64,000 bases of DNA, taken from contig JAZKAU010000002.1 in assembly GCA_040388985.1 (NCBI GenBank), positions 119,642 to 183,641 on the forward strand, in the 5' to 3' direction. A program made the position numbers and the translations under genes. Below, one piece after another: positions 39,135-47,843 of the stretch. The notes beneath the pieces were generated by a model, which saw nothing but the letters and a program-made list of their open reading frames with translations, did no database searches and was not told the DNA's origin. How positions within the stretch are numbered: the first letter of the stretch is position 1; every line of letters begins with the position of its first letter. Origin of the DNA: Patescibacteria group bacterium. GTDB taxonomy: Bacteria; Patescibacteriota; Minisyncoccia; Phycocordibacterales; Phycocordibacteraceae.

Positions 39135-40328
39135 ATGGAACCGCTCGCGAACAAACTACGGCCGAAGACATTGGACGAGATTAACGGCCAGGAGCATTTG
39201 GTAGGCGAGGGGAAGCCGTTACGCGTCGCCATAGAGAAGAAACATCTCTTCTCCTTCCTCCTGTGGGGCCCGCCGGGCACTGGTAAGACGACTATCGCCC
39301 GCATCTACGCACGAGCGCTCGACGCGGAGCTGCACGAGCTCTCAGCGGTGTCAGCAGGCAAAGAAGACATACGCAGGATAGTGGAAGGAGACGTACCGAA
39401 GGGTCGTAAACGAACGGAGCAGGAGCCGTTCGAGTCAGACGCATTCCGCGGGAAGCCGAAGCTCCTGTTCTTGGATGAGATCCATCGCTTCAATAAGAGC
39501 CAGCAAGATTTCCTTCTCCCGTATGTGGAGAGCGGTCAGCTTACGCTCATCGGTGCTACGACTGAGAATCCTTCGTTCGAGGTCATACCCGCGCTCCTCT
39601 CTCGCTCTCGGGTGTTTGTACTAGAACCATTAAGTGAAGAGGCCCTGCGTGCCATCGTAAAGCGCTCGAAGATGAAGCTCGGGAAGGATGCATTCGAGTG
39701 GCTGCTCGGCTATAGCAACGGGGATGCACGGCGTGCGCTTACCTTGCTCGACAGCACGAACAGTCTCTACGGAAAGATAACGGTCGAGAACCTGAACAAG
39801 GCGCTCGAGTCTCCGCATCTGCGCTACGACAAGAAAGGCGACGAGCATTACGACACCATCTCAGCCTTCATAAAAAGCATGCGCGCCAGTCAGCCTGATG
39901 CCGCAGTCTATTACCTCGCGCGTATGGTGGAAGCGGGAGAAGACCCGCTCTTCATCGCGCGCCGCATGGTAATCTTCGCGTCCGAAGACATCGGGCTCGC
40001 TCAGCCTACCGCCCTCGTGGTCGCAAACGCCGTATTCCGCGCCTGCGAGACGGTCGGCTATCCAGAATGCTCCATTAACCTCGCGCACGGCGTCGCATAT
40101 CTCGCTAACTGCAAGAAGACGAAGTCTGCGTATGAAGCGTTACGAGAGGCGCAGGCTGATATCCGTGCCTACGGCAACCTCCCTATTCCCAAAAAGATCC
40201 GTAACGCGCCCACCAAGCTCATGAAAGACCTCGACTATGGAAAGGGATATGAACGGTATGACGATGAGAGCTATATGCCCGATAAGTTGAAGAATAAGAA
40301 ATACTTCAAGAATTCAGATTCCGCTTAG
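39135..40328 (+). CDS. rarA: replication-associated recombination protein A (MgsA/RarA AAA+ ATPase)
   Basis: [15 protein letters not shown]...[11 protein letters not shown] Walker A, sensor motifs, C-terminal MgsA helical domain; the start is at internal ATG 39135. Confidence 0.85.
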   Translation: MEPLANKLRPKTLDEINGQEHLVGEGKPLRVAIEKKHLFSFLLWGPPGTGKTTIARIYARALDAELHELSAVSAGKEDIRRIVEGDVPKGRKRTEQEPFESDAFRGKPKLLFLDEIHRFNKSQQDFLLPYVESGQLTLIGATTENPSFEVIPALLSRSRVFVLEPLSEEALRAIVKRSKMKLGKDAFEWLLGYSNGDARRALTLLDSTNSLYGKITVENLNKALESPHLRYDKKGDEHYDTISAFIKSMRASQPDAAVYYLARMVEAGEDPLFIARRMVIFASEDIGLAQPTALVVANAVFRACETVGYPECSINLAHGVAYLANCKKTKSAYEALREAQADIRAYGNLPIPKKIRNAPTKLMKDLDYGKGYERYDDESYMPDKLKNKKYFKNSDSA

Positions 40329-40998
40329 CGAATGCAAAGACAGAAGCGTCGCGTTCATATCCTATAAATGCGCCGCCACGCCTGACCACCTCTTTGCCTA
40401 TTGCTGCTGTACCCATAAAGGGGTCGAGCACGGTCATACCCGTCTTAAAATAAGCATCAAGAATGAAATTAATAATTCCGACAGGGGTTGGACATGGGTG
40501 TTGCTCAATGGGTTCATAGTCATAATAGAGAATCTTGCCACTGGGGTCGAAGTTGATCGCCGAATCTTTTGACAGGACTAGCAGTTGGGAAGAATTTGAA
40601 TGGGCGTTTATGCGCGTTGAATAGTCTGTATCCCAGTGTTCTTCGGGAAGTTCGACACCTGATACACTTCGCGCAAAGTTAATGTGCCGGGAATGTAAGT
40701 GGAAGCCGAGGGAGATGCACTGTGCCTGCATATAACCTGCAAGCTGAAGATAGGTCCCATTGGTTACAAGAGAATCAGCGCATTCAATAACTAGCATCCC
40801 GGTATCTGTAAGAACACGGTAGCATTCACTAAACACTCGTCTCAAAAGAGCATGGTACTCACCAAGCTCCAAATTATCGGTATATGAGCCGTAGCGCGTG
40901 CCGATATTATATGGCGGGCCTGCATAAATCAAGTCGACAGAGCTGTCCGCGACTTCGGCCATATGTTCAGCCGATTTTCGATGTAGGTGTGTATCCAT
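40306..40998 (-). CDS. beta-class N6-adenine/N4-cytosine DNA methyltransferase (orphan)
   Basis: Motif IV (D/S)PPY (LIYAGPPYNIG) precedes motif I FxGxG (DPFMGTAAIG), the beta-class order; its 3' end overlaps the rarA 3' end by 23 nt (convergent); no REase neighbour. Confidence 0.75.
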   Translation of the reverse strand: MDTHLHRKSAEHMAEVADSSVDLIYAGPPYNIGTRYGSYTDNLELGEYHALLRRVFSECYRVLTDTGMLVIECADSLVTNGTYLQLAGYMQAQCISLGFHLHSRHINFARSVSGVELPEEHWDTDYSTRINAHSNSSQLLVLSKDSAINFDPSGKILYYDYEPIEQHPCPTPVGIINFILDAYFKTGMTVLDPFMGTAAIGKEVVRRGGAFIGYERDASVFAFAKRNLNS

Positions 40999-41175
40999 CC
41001 TGCGTTATTAAGATTCATTAAATAGCTCCTACCCTCGACCGATCATTCCAGTGAAGCGGTCGCTAGAGTCCATGATGATTCTCCTGTCAGGCGCGAAAAT
41101 CTTTCGCGCCTGAATAAGAGGGGCGACCGTGGTCGCCCCAGGTTGGCTAACGGGTGCACCATGCACCCGTTAGCC

Positions 41176-41856
41176 CTAGAGGTGCAGCTTCAGTCCGGCA
41201 GATACCACGTGGCCGGTGCGATCGGTGTCTTCCCAGCTGAGATTGAACGACAGGCGTTCGGTGGCTTGGTAGGAGCCGGTAAGCGAGCCGCGGACCGTTG
41301 CGTAGCCCTGGGTCACGTTGATCGAATACCGGCCGTCGACGCTCACCGTGACCCGGCTGATAGGTTGAAACGAGATACGGCCGCCGGGCTGCAGAAGAGT
41401 GAGCGAGGGCAGGTCCTTCACGCCCACCATCTCTACCACCCGGAACACCGGAGCGACAGTCACCTTGCCGCGCGTTATCGGTACGGACACGTCGCCATAG
41501 AACTCCACGATGTCGTCCTTGGGCTTAAAGAGCGAGCGACCCAGGTTCACGAAGTAATATTGTCCCGAGAGCTGGATCTTGAAGATGCCCTCGACGGTAT
41601 CGTAGTAGAGCGATAGGTCGATCTCGTTCGCGGTCTTTCCCGCGGGTCCTCCGCTCAGGAAGATGTCGTACGAGATCTTTCCGCAGGTGCGGGTGCCTTC
41701 TACCTGCACGACCGGGTCTTTGGAAGCCGTCACGCCTACATCCTTGAGGATGTAGCCGCTCGCAGCCTTGATGGTGATCGTGTCGGAGCAGTCGGCGAGT
41801 GCCGGTGTCGCAGCGCACAGGAACGTCGAAGCGAGAAGAGCGAGCGAGATACGCAT
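41176..41856 (-). CDS. secreted beta-rich protein of unknown function (signal peptide, possible lipoprotein Cys)
   Basis: MRISLALLASTFLCAATPALADC signal; alternating hydrophobic pattern; 226 aa. Confidence 0.45.
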   Translation of the reverse strand: MRISLALLASTFLCAATPALADCSDTITIKAASGYILKDVGVTASKDPVVQVEGTRTCGKISYDIFLSGGPAGKTANEIDLSLYYDTVEGIFKIQLSGQYYFVNLGRSLFKPKDDIVEFYGDVSVPITRGKVTVAPVFRVVEMVGVKDLPSLTLLQPGGRISFQPISRVTVSVDGRYSINVTQGYATVRGSLTGSYQATERLSFNLSWEDTDRTGHVVSAGLKLHL

Positions 41857-41977
41857 TTCATAATCCCCTTGATTGGAGAGCAGCGGCTATCGCTGTCTAG
41901 GCATATAAAAACAAAATCTGTCAAATACGTCAAATAATGTCGGACATTTGTTGACAAATATTCGACAACACTCTAGC

Positions 41978-42745
41978 ATGCGCTCTATGGATGAAGGCCT
42001 CTTGGCATCTTTGGGACTTAGCGATAGTGAAATGAGGCTGTATAAAGCCGTACTCACAGCAAAGGAGCTTTCTCCCCCTGAACTTGCGCGGAAGACCGGG
42101 ATCAAGAGAACTACGGCCTATAGCATGGCGCGCGGTCTTGTTGAGAAGGGACTTCTCATAGAAGACTCAAGCCGACGCCCCCGCGTGTTCAAAGCCTCGA
42201 CTCCCGAGGACATCGCGCTCGTGATGGAAACGGAAAAGAAACATTCAGAGGGACGCCAGGAGTTGCTTAGGAAACTGTCTGAAAATGTGGCTATGGCGAA
42301 CGCGGAGGTCGAATATCCGGTCCCCCGCATCAAATTCATAGAGGAGTCGAAGATAGATCAATATTTCAGGCAGGCGTTCCCGTTCTGGATAGAGAGCATG
42401 AAGGATAGCGGAGAGTACGGGTTCTGGGGATACCAGGACGCGACCCTCGTCGCGCATTTCGAAGACCAGCTGCATCACTGGTGGAAGATCAGTCCGCCGG
42501 AATCGCATGTATACCTTCTTACGAACCTGACCGGCAGTGAGCGTAAGCTGAAGGATCAGTATCCGCAGCGTCATATGAAGTACTGGGGAGAGGCGACTGA
42601 CTTCATCTCGAGCACCTGGATAGCGGGTGACTATATAATCATTATCAATACGCGCAGCCGGCCATTCTATGTCATCGAGATCCATTCGCGCTCACTAGCG
42701 CACGATCAGCGGGAAGTATTTAGGAATCTGTGGGAGATGGTGTAG
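41978..42745 (+). CDS. TrmB-family winged-helix transcriptional regulator, paralog 6
   Basis: LLASLGLSDSEMRLYKAVLTAKELSPPELARKTGIKRTTAYSMARGLVEKGLL; C-terminal REVFRNLW. ORF M1 is TTG, so the first in-frame ATG is used. Confidence 0.7.
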   Translation: MRSMDEGLLASLGLSDSEMRLYKAVLTAKELSPPELARKTGIKRTTAYSMARGLVEKGLLIEDSSRRPRVFKASTPEDIALVMETEKKHSEGRQELLRKLSENVAMANAEVEYPVPRIKFIEESKIDQYFRQAFPFWIESMKDSGEYGFWGYQDATLVAHFEDQLHHWWKISPPESHVYLLTNLTGSERKLKDQYPQRHMKYWGEATDFISSTWIAGDYIIIINTRSRPFYVIEIHSRSLAHDQREVFRNLWEMV

Positions 42746-42756
42746 GCTGGAACGAT

Positions 42757-43323
42757 ATGAAAATAGGCATCATGGGCGCGGAAGGGAGCTTCTCGCAGGA
42801 AGCCGCCGAAGCATATATCAAGAAGGAAGGACTGAAAGACGCTGAACTTGCGTTCTTGGTCCTTACGGAAACGGTCCTGACTGCGCTTGAAGCGGGCGAG
42901 GTAGATCTGGGGGTCTTTCCAATAGAGAACAGCAATGGCGGCATCGTTATCGAAGCGGTACATGCCATGGCAAAGCACCGCTTCCACATTAAGACGATGT
43001 TCGAGATAGACGTGCATCAGAACTTGCTCGCGCTTCCCGGAACGACCGCAGACAGTATCAAGGTCATCACTTCACACGACCAAGCGCTCAAGCAGTGCCG
43101 TATGTATCTGAAACGCGTGTGGCCGGGCGTCGATATCGAGGAATATGAGGATACCGCTAAGGCAGCAGCTGACCTTGCGAACGGTACGCTCCCGAAGACG
43201 ACTGCCGTCATAGCCTCAAAAACCGCTGCTGCGCTCTACGGACTTGATATCCTAGAAGCGAGCATCCAGGACCTGAAGTTCAATTATACGAGTTTCGTGG
43301 TGGCAGAGCGTTTGGAAAAGTAG
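42757..43323 (+). CDS. prephenate dehydratase (PDT) domain protein lacking an ACT domain
   Basis: MKIGIMGAEGSFSQEAA N-terminus typical of the PDT domain; 189 aa; starts 12 nt after the paralog 6 stop (same operon). Confidence 0.6.
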   Translation: MKIGIMGAEGSFSQEAAEAYIKKEGLKDAELAFLVLTETVLTALEAGEVDLGVFPIENSNGGIVIEAVHAMAKHRFHIKTMFEIDVHQNLLALPGTTADSIKVITSHDQALKQCRMYLKRVWPGVDIEEYEDTAKAAADLANGTLPKTTAVIASKTAAALYGLDILEASIQDLKFNYTSFVVAERLEK

Positions 43324-43371
43324 AAACAGAGACGCCCCCGACCGCAGGAGTCGAGGACGCCAGAATGTCAG

Positions 43372-44055
43372 TCACGATACGCGGCCGAGCAGCTCATATC
43401 CGAGGTCATAGTGCGTTTGCAGAAGGACGCGAGCGTCGCCGAGAGCATCCCGGAGCCTTCTTATAAGATCCACTATTCCCCAATAGCCTTGTTTACCGTG
43501 AAGCATGAGGTGCTCATGCAAATACGAGTTAGAAACGATCTCCAGCCTATTCGCCAGGATGACTAAGGCGTTGATCTGTCGCCCTGTAAGCGCGATCATC
43601 TTCCCGTTCACCCATACCTTATAGGCTAACTCGTCGATCTCAAGGACTTGGCCGTCCTTCTCGAATCGAAGAATTCGCGGGCCCAAACTCGTCGTTCGCC
43701 AGAGCGTTTGGCGGATGGCAAGTTCGATAAGCCGTAGGTTCGTCGGCCCAAGCAGCACGTTATCGCAGCCGGCGTCCAGGAATCGAGCGCAGCGATCCGC
43801 CCACGCTTCATCCCACGGTCCTTCCATGATGCGGATAATCGGCGCTTTGAAGCCTGTATCCCGTATGCTCGAGATAGTTTCGATTCCGATTCGCGCGTCC
43901 ATGCCGAATAATACGGACTGATATGGATGCTGTTGAAGAAGCTCGCACAAGTGATGCGGCTGGGTATCCGGAGCCGTAGCGACCGAGTACCCGCCTTGCG
44001 CGAGAAACCACGTAGCCTGGGAATCAATCCCGGCCGTCAATATCTCAGTGCTCAT
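43372..44055 (-). CDS. OmpR/PhoB-type winged-helix DNA-binding protein with degenerate receiver-like N-terminal domain (atypical orphan response regulator)
   Basis: C-terminal trans_reg_C motifs (LTGRQINALVILA...VDLIRRLRDAL); N-domain retains a candidate acceptor Asp (VLFGMDA) but lacks the conserved Lys; AGAGGAG SD before ATG 44055. Confidence 0.6.
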   Translation of the reverse strand: MSTEILTAGIDSQATWFLAQGGYSVATAPDTQPHHLCELLQQHPYQSVLFGMDARIGIETISSIRDTGFKAPIIRIMEGPWDEAWADRCARFLDAGCDNVLLGPTNLRLIELAIRQTLWRTTSLGPRILRFEKDGQVLEIDELAYKVWVNGKMIALTGRQINALVILANRLEIVSNSYLHEHLMLHGKQGYWGIVDLIRRLRDALGDARVLLQTHYDLGYELLGRVS

Positions 44056-44165
44056 GATAGGTACTCCTCTACACTGAGCGCAGTAAACGCTAGTCAATAC
44101 TAAGTGTCAAGAAATGAAGAAAAGGCCGCCCGTGAGGGCGGCCTTTTCTTCATTCGGAACCGATA

Positions 44166-44438
44166 TTACTTAACTGCGTCCTTGAGCGCCTTAGCTGCGC
44201 GGAACTTAGGAGTCCGGGTAGCAGCGATCTGGATGGTCTCACCGGTGCGAGGGTTGCGGCCGGTGCGAGCTGGGCGAGCCTTGGCGGTGAAGATACCGAG
44301 ACCTGCGATAGAAACCTCATCTCCTCCCTTGAGGCCGGAAACGATGCTGTCGATGACGCACTCTACTGCGCGGTCAGCGTCTGCCTTGGTTCCGCCGAGC
44401 ACATCCTGCACCTTCGTTACGATATCTGCTTTGTTCAT
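44166..44438 (-). CDS. hup: DNA-binding protein HU
   Basis: 90 aa; GLGIFTAKARPARTGRNPRTGE arm motif. Confidence 0.92.
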   Translation of the reverse strand: MNKADIVTKVQDVLGGTKADADRAVECVIDSIVSGLKGGDEVSIAGLGIFTAKARPARTGRNPRTGETIQIAATRTPKFRAAKALKDAVK

Positions 44439-44548
44439 AGTATACGTTGGGGACTGTTACGGGTTAAATCCTCCTTTCGGGGGCTTATGACACAAAGTAT
44501 AGGAAATGAGCCATTTTACGCAATAGGGCGGCAAACCCGGAGGGGATA

Positions 44549-44580
44549 GTGAAAAATAGCCCTAAAGGGCTATTTTTCAC
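44549..44580. terminator. 14-bp perfect stem hairpin downstream of rny
   Basis: gtgaaaaatagccc-taaa-gggctatttttcac. Confidence 0.55.
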
Positions 44581-44607
44581 GCACTGTGTCAAGATCTTAA
44601 GCCGCCT

Positions 44608-46116
44608 CTAACGAGCGAATTCGACGACACGGTTCTCGCGAATGACATTTACTTTGATCTCTCCTGGATAGCGGAGCTCTTCCTGCACGCGAAGCGCGAT
44701 CTTTCGCGCGAGCGTGTGGGTTTCGAGGTCTGAAATCTTTCCGGGATTCACGAAGATGCGTATCTCGCGCCCGGCCTGTATGGCATAGGCTTTCTCGACG
44801 CCTTCGAAGCTGCTAGCAAGACGCTCAAGGTCGCCAAGACGCTCAAGGTAGCGCTCTACGGTGTCGCGACGCGCTCCCGGCCTGCCGCCCGAGACGGAGT
44901 CGGCTACCTGTACGATGACGGATTCGGGAGTCTCATACGGGAATTCCTCGTGATGGGACTGCATAGCCTGGATTATGCGCACATCGACGCCGAACTTCTC
45001 GAGGATGCGACGGCCTATTTCCACGTGCGTACCCTGCACTTCATGATCGACCGCCTTGCCGATGTCGTGCAGAAGGGCGCCTGCGCGCGCGATGTCAGGA
45101 TCAGCGCCGAGCTCTTCGGCAAGCATTCCGGCGATGTGCGCCATCTCGACCGAATGGGTGAGAACGTTCTGCCCGTAGCTTGTGCGGAAGTGGAGGCGGC
45201 CCAGGAGCGCGGTGAGCTTAGGGTCGATGCCTACGACGCCGACTTCATATGCGGCCTGCTCGCCTTTCTGTTTCATGAGGCTCTCGACTTCGCTGCGGGT
45301 CTTCTGTACGGTCTCTTCTATCTTGGCGGGCTGGATGCGGCCGTCTTCGATAAGCTTCTCGAGCGCAATCTTAGCTATATGGCGACGTAATGGGTCGAAG
45401 GAGGAAAGGGTTATTGATCCAGGGGCTTCGTCGATGATGACATCGACACCCGTAGCACGTTCGAAGGCCTTAATATTGCGGCCCTCCTTGCCGATGATCT
45501 TTCCCTTTATCTCCTCAGACGGTATAGGGACGGCAAGCGACATGACTTCCGCGTTCACGGGGTTCGCAAGACGCTGGATGACCGAGAGGAGAATGCTACG
45601 AGCCTTCTCCTCAAGCCGTTTGCGACCGGTCGCCTCAAGCTTCTGGATACGCCCGAGGAGCGCGCCTTCCTGGGCCTTCTCGATGTCGGATATGAGTCGT
45701 GCCTGCGCTTCTTCTTCGGAGAACTGGGCGATGCGCGCGAGTTCGGCCTTGCGCTCTTTGAGCACTTCCTCAGCGTCCTTGCGGAGACTCGTTGAGATCT
45801 GCTCGCGCTCGACGAGGCTGCGCTCGCGCTCGTCGAGGAACTCTTCACGCTTCATGAGCCGAGCGTTGAAGCGCTCGAGCCGCTCTTCGCGTTCCTGGAG
45901 AGGAGCGGCGCGCGTGACTTCTACTTCTTCAGCGCGCTCTTCAGCTTCCTCAAGAATGCGTCCGGCGCGTTCCTTGGCTTCAAGGAGCTTCTGCTTCACT
46001 TCAAGCTCCAATGAGCCGCGCTGGCTCAGACCGATGAGCAAGCGCAGGACATAGCCGACCATGACGCCGGCGAGCCCGGACAGGGCGAGCAGGGAAAGCA
46101 CTAATTTTATAGACAT
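44608..46116 (-). CDS. rny: ribonuclease Y (N-terminal TM, coiled coil, KH and HD domains)
   Basis: TM anchor MSIKLVLSLLALSGL, charged coiled-coil, KH (IIGKEGRNIK), HD (LLHDIGKAVDHE). The start is set at the internal ATG because the longer ORF N-terminus overlaps repeat element B. Confidence 0.9.
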   Translation of the reverse strand: MSIKLVLSLLALSGLAGVMVGYVLRLLIGLSQRGSLELEVKQKLLEAKERAGRILEEAEERAEEVEVTRAAPLQEREERLERFNARLMKREEFLDERERSLVEREQISTSLRKDAEEVLKERKAELARIAQFSEEEAQARLISDIEKAQEGALLGRIQKLEATGRKRLEEKARSILLSVIQRLANPVNAEVMSLAVPIPSEEIKGKIIGKEGRNIKAFERATGVDVIIDEAPGSITLSSFDPLRRHIAKIALEKLIEDGRIQPAKIEETVQKTRSEVESLMKQKGEQAAYEVGVVGIDPKLTALLGRLHFRTSYGQNVLTHSVEMAHIAGMLAEELGADPDIARAGALLHDIGKAVDHEVQGTHVEIGRRILEKFGVDVRIIQAMQSHHEEFPYETPESVIVQVADSVSGGRPGARRDTVERYLERLGDLERLASSFEGVEKAYAIQAGREIRIFVNPGKISDLETHTLARKIALRVQEELRYPGEIKVNVIRENRVVEFAR

Positions 46117-46133
46117 AGATAAAGGGTCGCTCA

Positions 46134-46206
46134 GTCCCTGGGCAAATAAAAAGTGCGTTTCGCTTCGCTGCACTCGGCATTCAAGCCTTTTTATTTGCCC
46201 AGGGAC
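46134..46206. repeat. palindromic-armed element B (20-bp perfect inverted arms gtccctgggcaaataaaaag / ctttttatttgcccagggac around a 33-nt core) 18 nt upstream of the rny start
   Basis: The core contains tgcagcgaagcgaaacgcac, 30/31 identical to element A at 17232-17282; the inner segment gctgcactcggcattc resembles element C. Confidence 0.65.
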
Positions 46207-46262
46207 CTCGCTAAAGTTGCGGGATTGCTAGGGCACCGTACCATATTTGGAGTTTCCGGTAC

Positions 46263-46296
46263 AGAAATGGCGACTCCGAGCGGAGTCGCCATTTCT
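46263..46296. terminator. 16-bp perfect stem hairpin downstream of clpP
   Basis: agaaatggcgactccg-ag-cggagtcgccatttct. Confidence 0.5.
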
Positions 46297-46325
46297 ACTA
46301 TCTGCTGATACTCGTTCGCTACAGA

Positions 46326-46928
46326 TTACTTATATACCTGGTCGACGATGCCATACTTCTTCGCTTCTTCGGCAGTCAGGAAGAAGTCGCGGTCCACATC
46401 GCGCTCGATCTTCTCAAGCGGCTGCCCGCTGGTCTTCGCGAGGATCTTATTGAGACGGTCGCGCAGCGACAGGATGCGCTTCGCGCTTATCTCGATGTCC
46501 GCGGCCTGGCCTTCGGCACCACCATGAGGCTGATGAATCATGATATCTGCGTTCGGAAGCGCGAAGCGTTTTCCCTTAGCGCCTGAGGCGAGGATGATGG
46601 AGCCCATGGATGCTGCCATGCCTACCGCAACGGTAGCGACATCAGGCTTGATGTGATTCATGGCGTCGACGATGGCGAGGCCCGAGTGCACGTGCCCGCC
46701 CGGACTATTCACGTAGAGGTAGATGTCCTTCTTCGGATCTTCCGACTCGAGGAAGAGGAGCTGGGAGATGATGAGGTTTGCCACATCGTCATCGATGCCG
46801 CCCCCGAGGAAGACGATGCGATCCTTGAGGAGTCGCGAGTAGATGTCGTAGCCGCGTTCGCCGAACTGCGTCTTTTCGACAACCATCGGTACGAGAGTGT
46901 TTGCGCGCGGTAGTGGGTTCTGTTTCAT
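46326..46928 (-). CDS. clpP: ATP-dependent Clp protease proteolytic subunit
   Basis: 200 aa; catalytic Ser context GMAASMGS, His and Asp present; [10 protein letters not shown]. Confidence 0.93.
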   Translation of the reverse strand: MKQNPLPRANTLVPMVVEKTQFGERGYDIYSRLLKDRIVFLGGGIDDDVANLIISQLLFLESEDPKKDIYLYVNSPGGHVHSGLAIVDAMNHIKPDVATVAVGMAASMGSIILASGAKGKRFALPNADIMIHQPHGGAEGQAADIEISAKRILSLRDRLNKILAKTSGQPLEKIERDVDRDFFLTAEEAKKYGIVDQVYK

Positions 46929-47041
46929 ATAAGGGATATTAGTGAGGCAATGATATCAAAATCTACTTGAGAAGACGAGTGAAGAGATGAGATTGAACGC
47001 GGCTTGACGATGGTGGCACACTTTTGATACACTTTTATCAC

Positions 47042-47263
47042 ATGGCAACAACCAAGAAACGTATCAATATAAGCGTGTCCAAAGAGATGGACGACGTACT
47101 CGGAAGACTTGCGAAGCGCGATCAAGTTCCTCAGGCGACCAAGGCGGAACATCTCATCCAGCTTGCTCTTGAGATAGAGGAAGATGAAGCTTTGGACGTC
47201 ATCGCGCGTAAGCGTGATGTGAAGAGCGCACGCTTCATCCCCCATACTCGCGCATGGCAGTAA
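47042..47263 (+). CDS. ribbon-helix-helix type II antitoxin (RelB/ParD/CopG-like)
   Basis: Small basic N-terminus (KKRINISVSKEMDDVLGRLAKRD); overlaps the downstream RelE-like gene by 10 nt. Confidence 0.65.
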   Translation: MATTKKRINISVSKEMDDVLGRLAKRDQVPQATKAEHLIQLALEIEEDEALDVIARKRDVKSARFIPHTRAWQ

Positions 47264-47544
47264 TATACGAGGTCGTATATGAGAGCCAGGTAGTATCGGT
47301 CGATATCCCGAAGCTCCCTCGCGCATTGAAAGAAAGAATCCGAAGCGCGATTGAAGAGAAACTTACTACCCACCCTGACGTGTATGGTAAGCCGCTGCGG
47401 CGCTCGCTCAAGGGATATCGTAAACTGCGAGTCGGCGACTACCGCGTGGTATTCCGCATCGACTCCTCCAAGATAAAAGTCTTTGCCATACTCCACCGAT
47501 CAGTGGTCTACGCCATTATGGAGAGACAGGGCGGAAGTTCCTAA
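47254..47544 (+). CDS. relE: RelE/ParE family type II toxin
   Basis: 96 aa; YRVVFRID...KIKVFAILHR motif. Confidence 0.8.
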   Translation: MAVIYEVVYESQVVSVDIPKLPRALKERIRSAIEEKLTTHPDVYGKPLRRSLKGYRKLRVGDYRVVFRIDSSKIKVFAILHRSVVYAIMERQGGSS

Positions 47545-47717
47545 TACGAAGCGTTTGCAGTGGTACTAGTGGGAACAGGCTGAGGAGTAATGCGCTTGGT
47601 GAGGGTGTAGTAGGCGCCGGCGACGACGATGAGGAGAATGAGGAGGATAGCGATAAAGACCCCCCACGGGGCCGGCTTTGCGGAAGCACGCGGAGAATCG
47701 GCAATTTCAGTTTCCAT
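47541..47717 (-). CDS. small (58 aa) single-TM protein, not in the ORF track (below size cutoff)
   Basis: ATG at 47717 preceded by TTTCAT-17nt-TATAGT promoter-like boxes; METEIADSPRASAKPAPWGVFIAILLILLIVVAGAYYTLTKR...; stop overlaps the relE stop. Confidence 0.35.
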   Translation of the reverse strand: METEIADSPRASAKPAPWGVFIAILLILLIVVAGAYYTLTKRITPQPVPTSTTANASY

Positions 47718-47771
47718 ATCTACTCTTTACTATACTAGTCGTGTAGATTTCATGAAACTTACAGGATAATT

Positions 47772-47809
47772 GAAATCCCCCTGAAGGCTGTGGCCTTCAG
47801 GGGGATTTC
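47772..47809. terminator. 17-bp perfect stem hairpin downstream of ppa
   Basis: gaaatccccctgaaggc-tgtg-gccttcagggggatttc. Confidence 0.6.
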
Positions 47810-47843
47810 ATAAGTTCTTCAGTTTTCTTTTAGAACCGGAAGA

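Noticed and set aside
45182-46054. 290-aa plus-strand ORF inside rny (and similar antisense ORFs 6813..7682 in pcrA, 50618..51403 in pilB, 57935..58735 in recJ, 48412..48831 in nusA)
   Set aside because: These are Ser/Arg/Ala-rich antisense translations of well-supported genes, typical of high-GC DNA.
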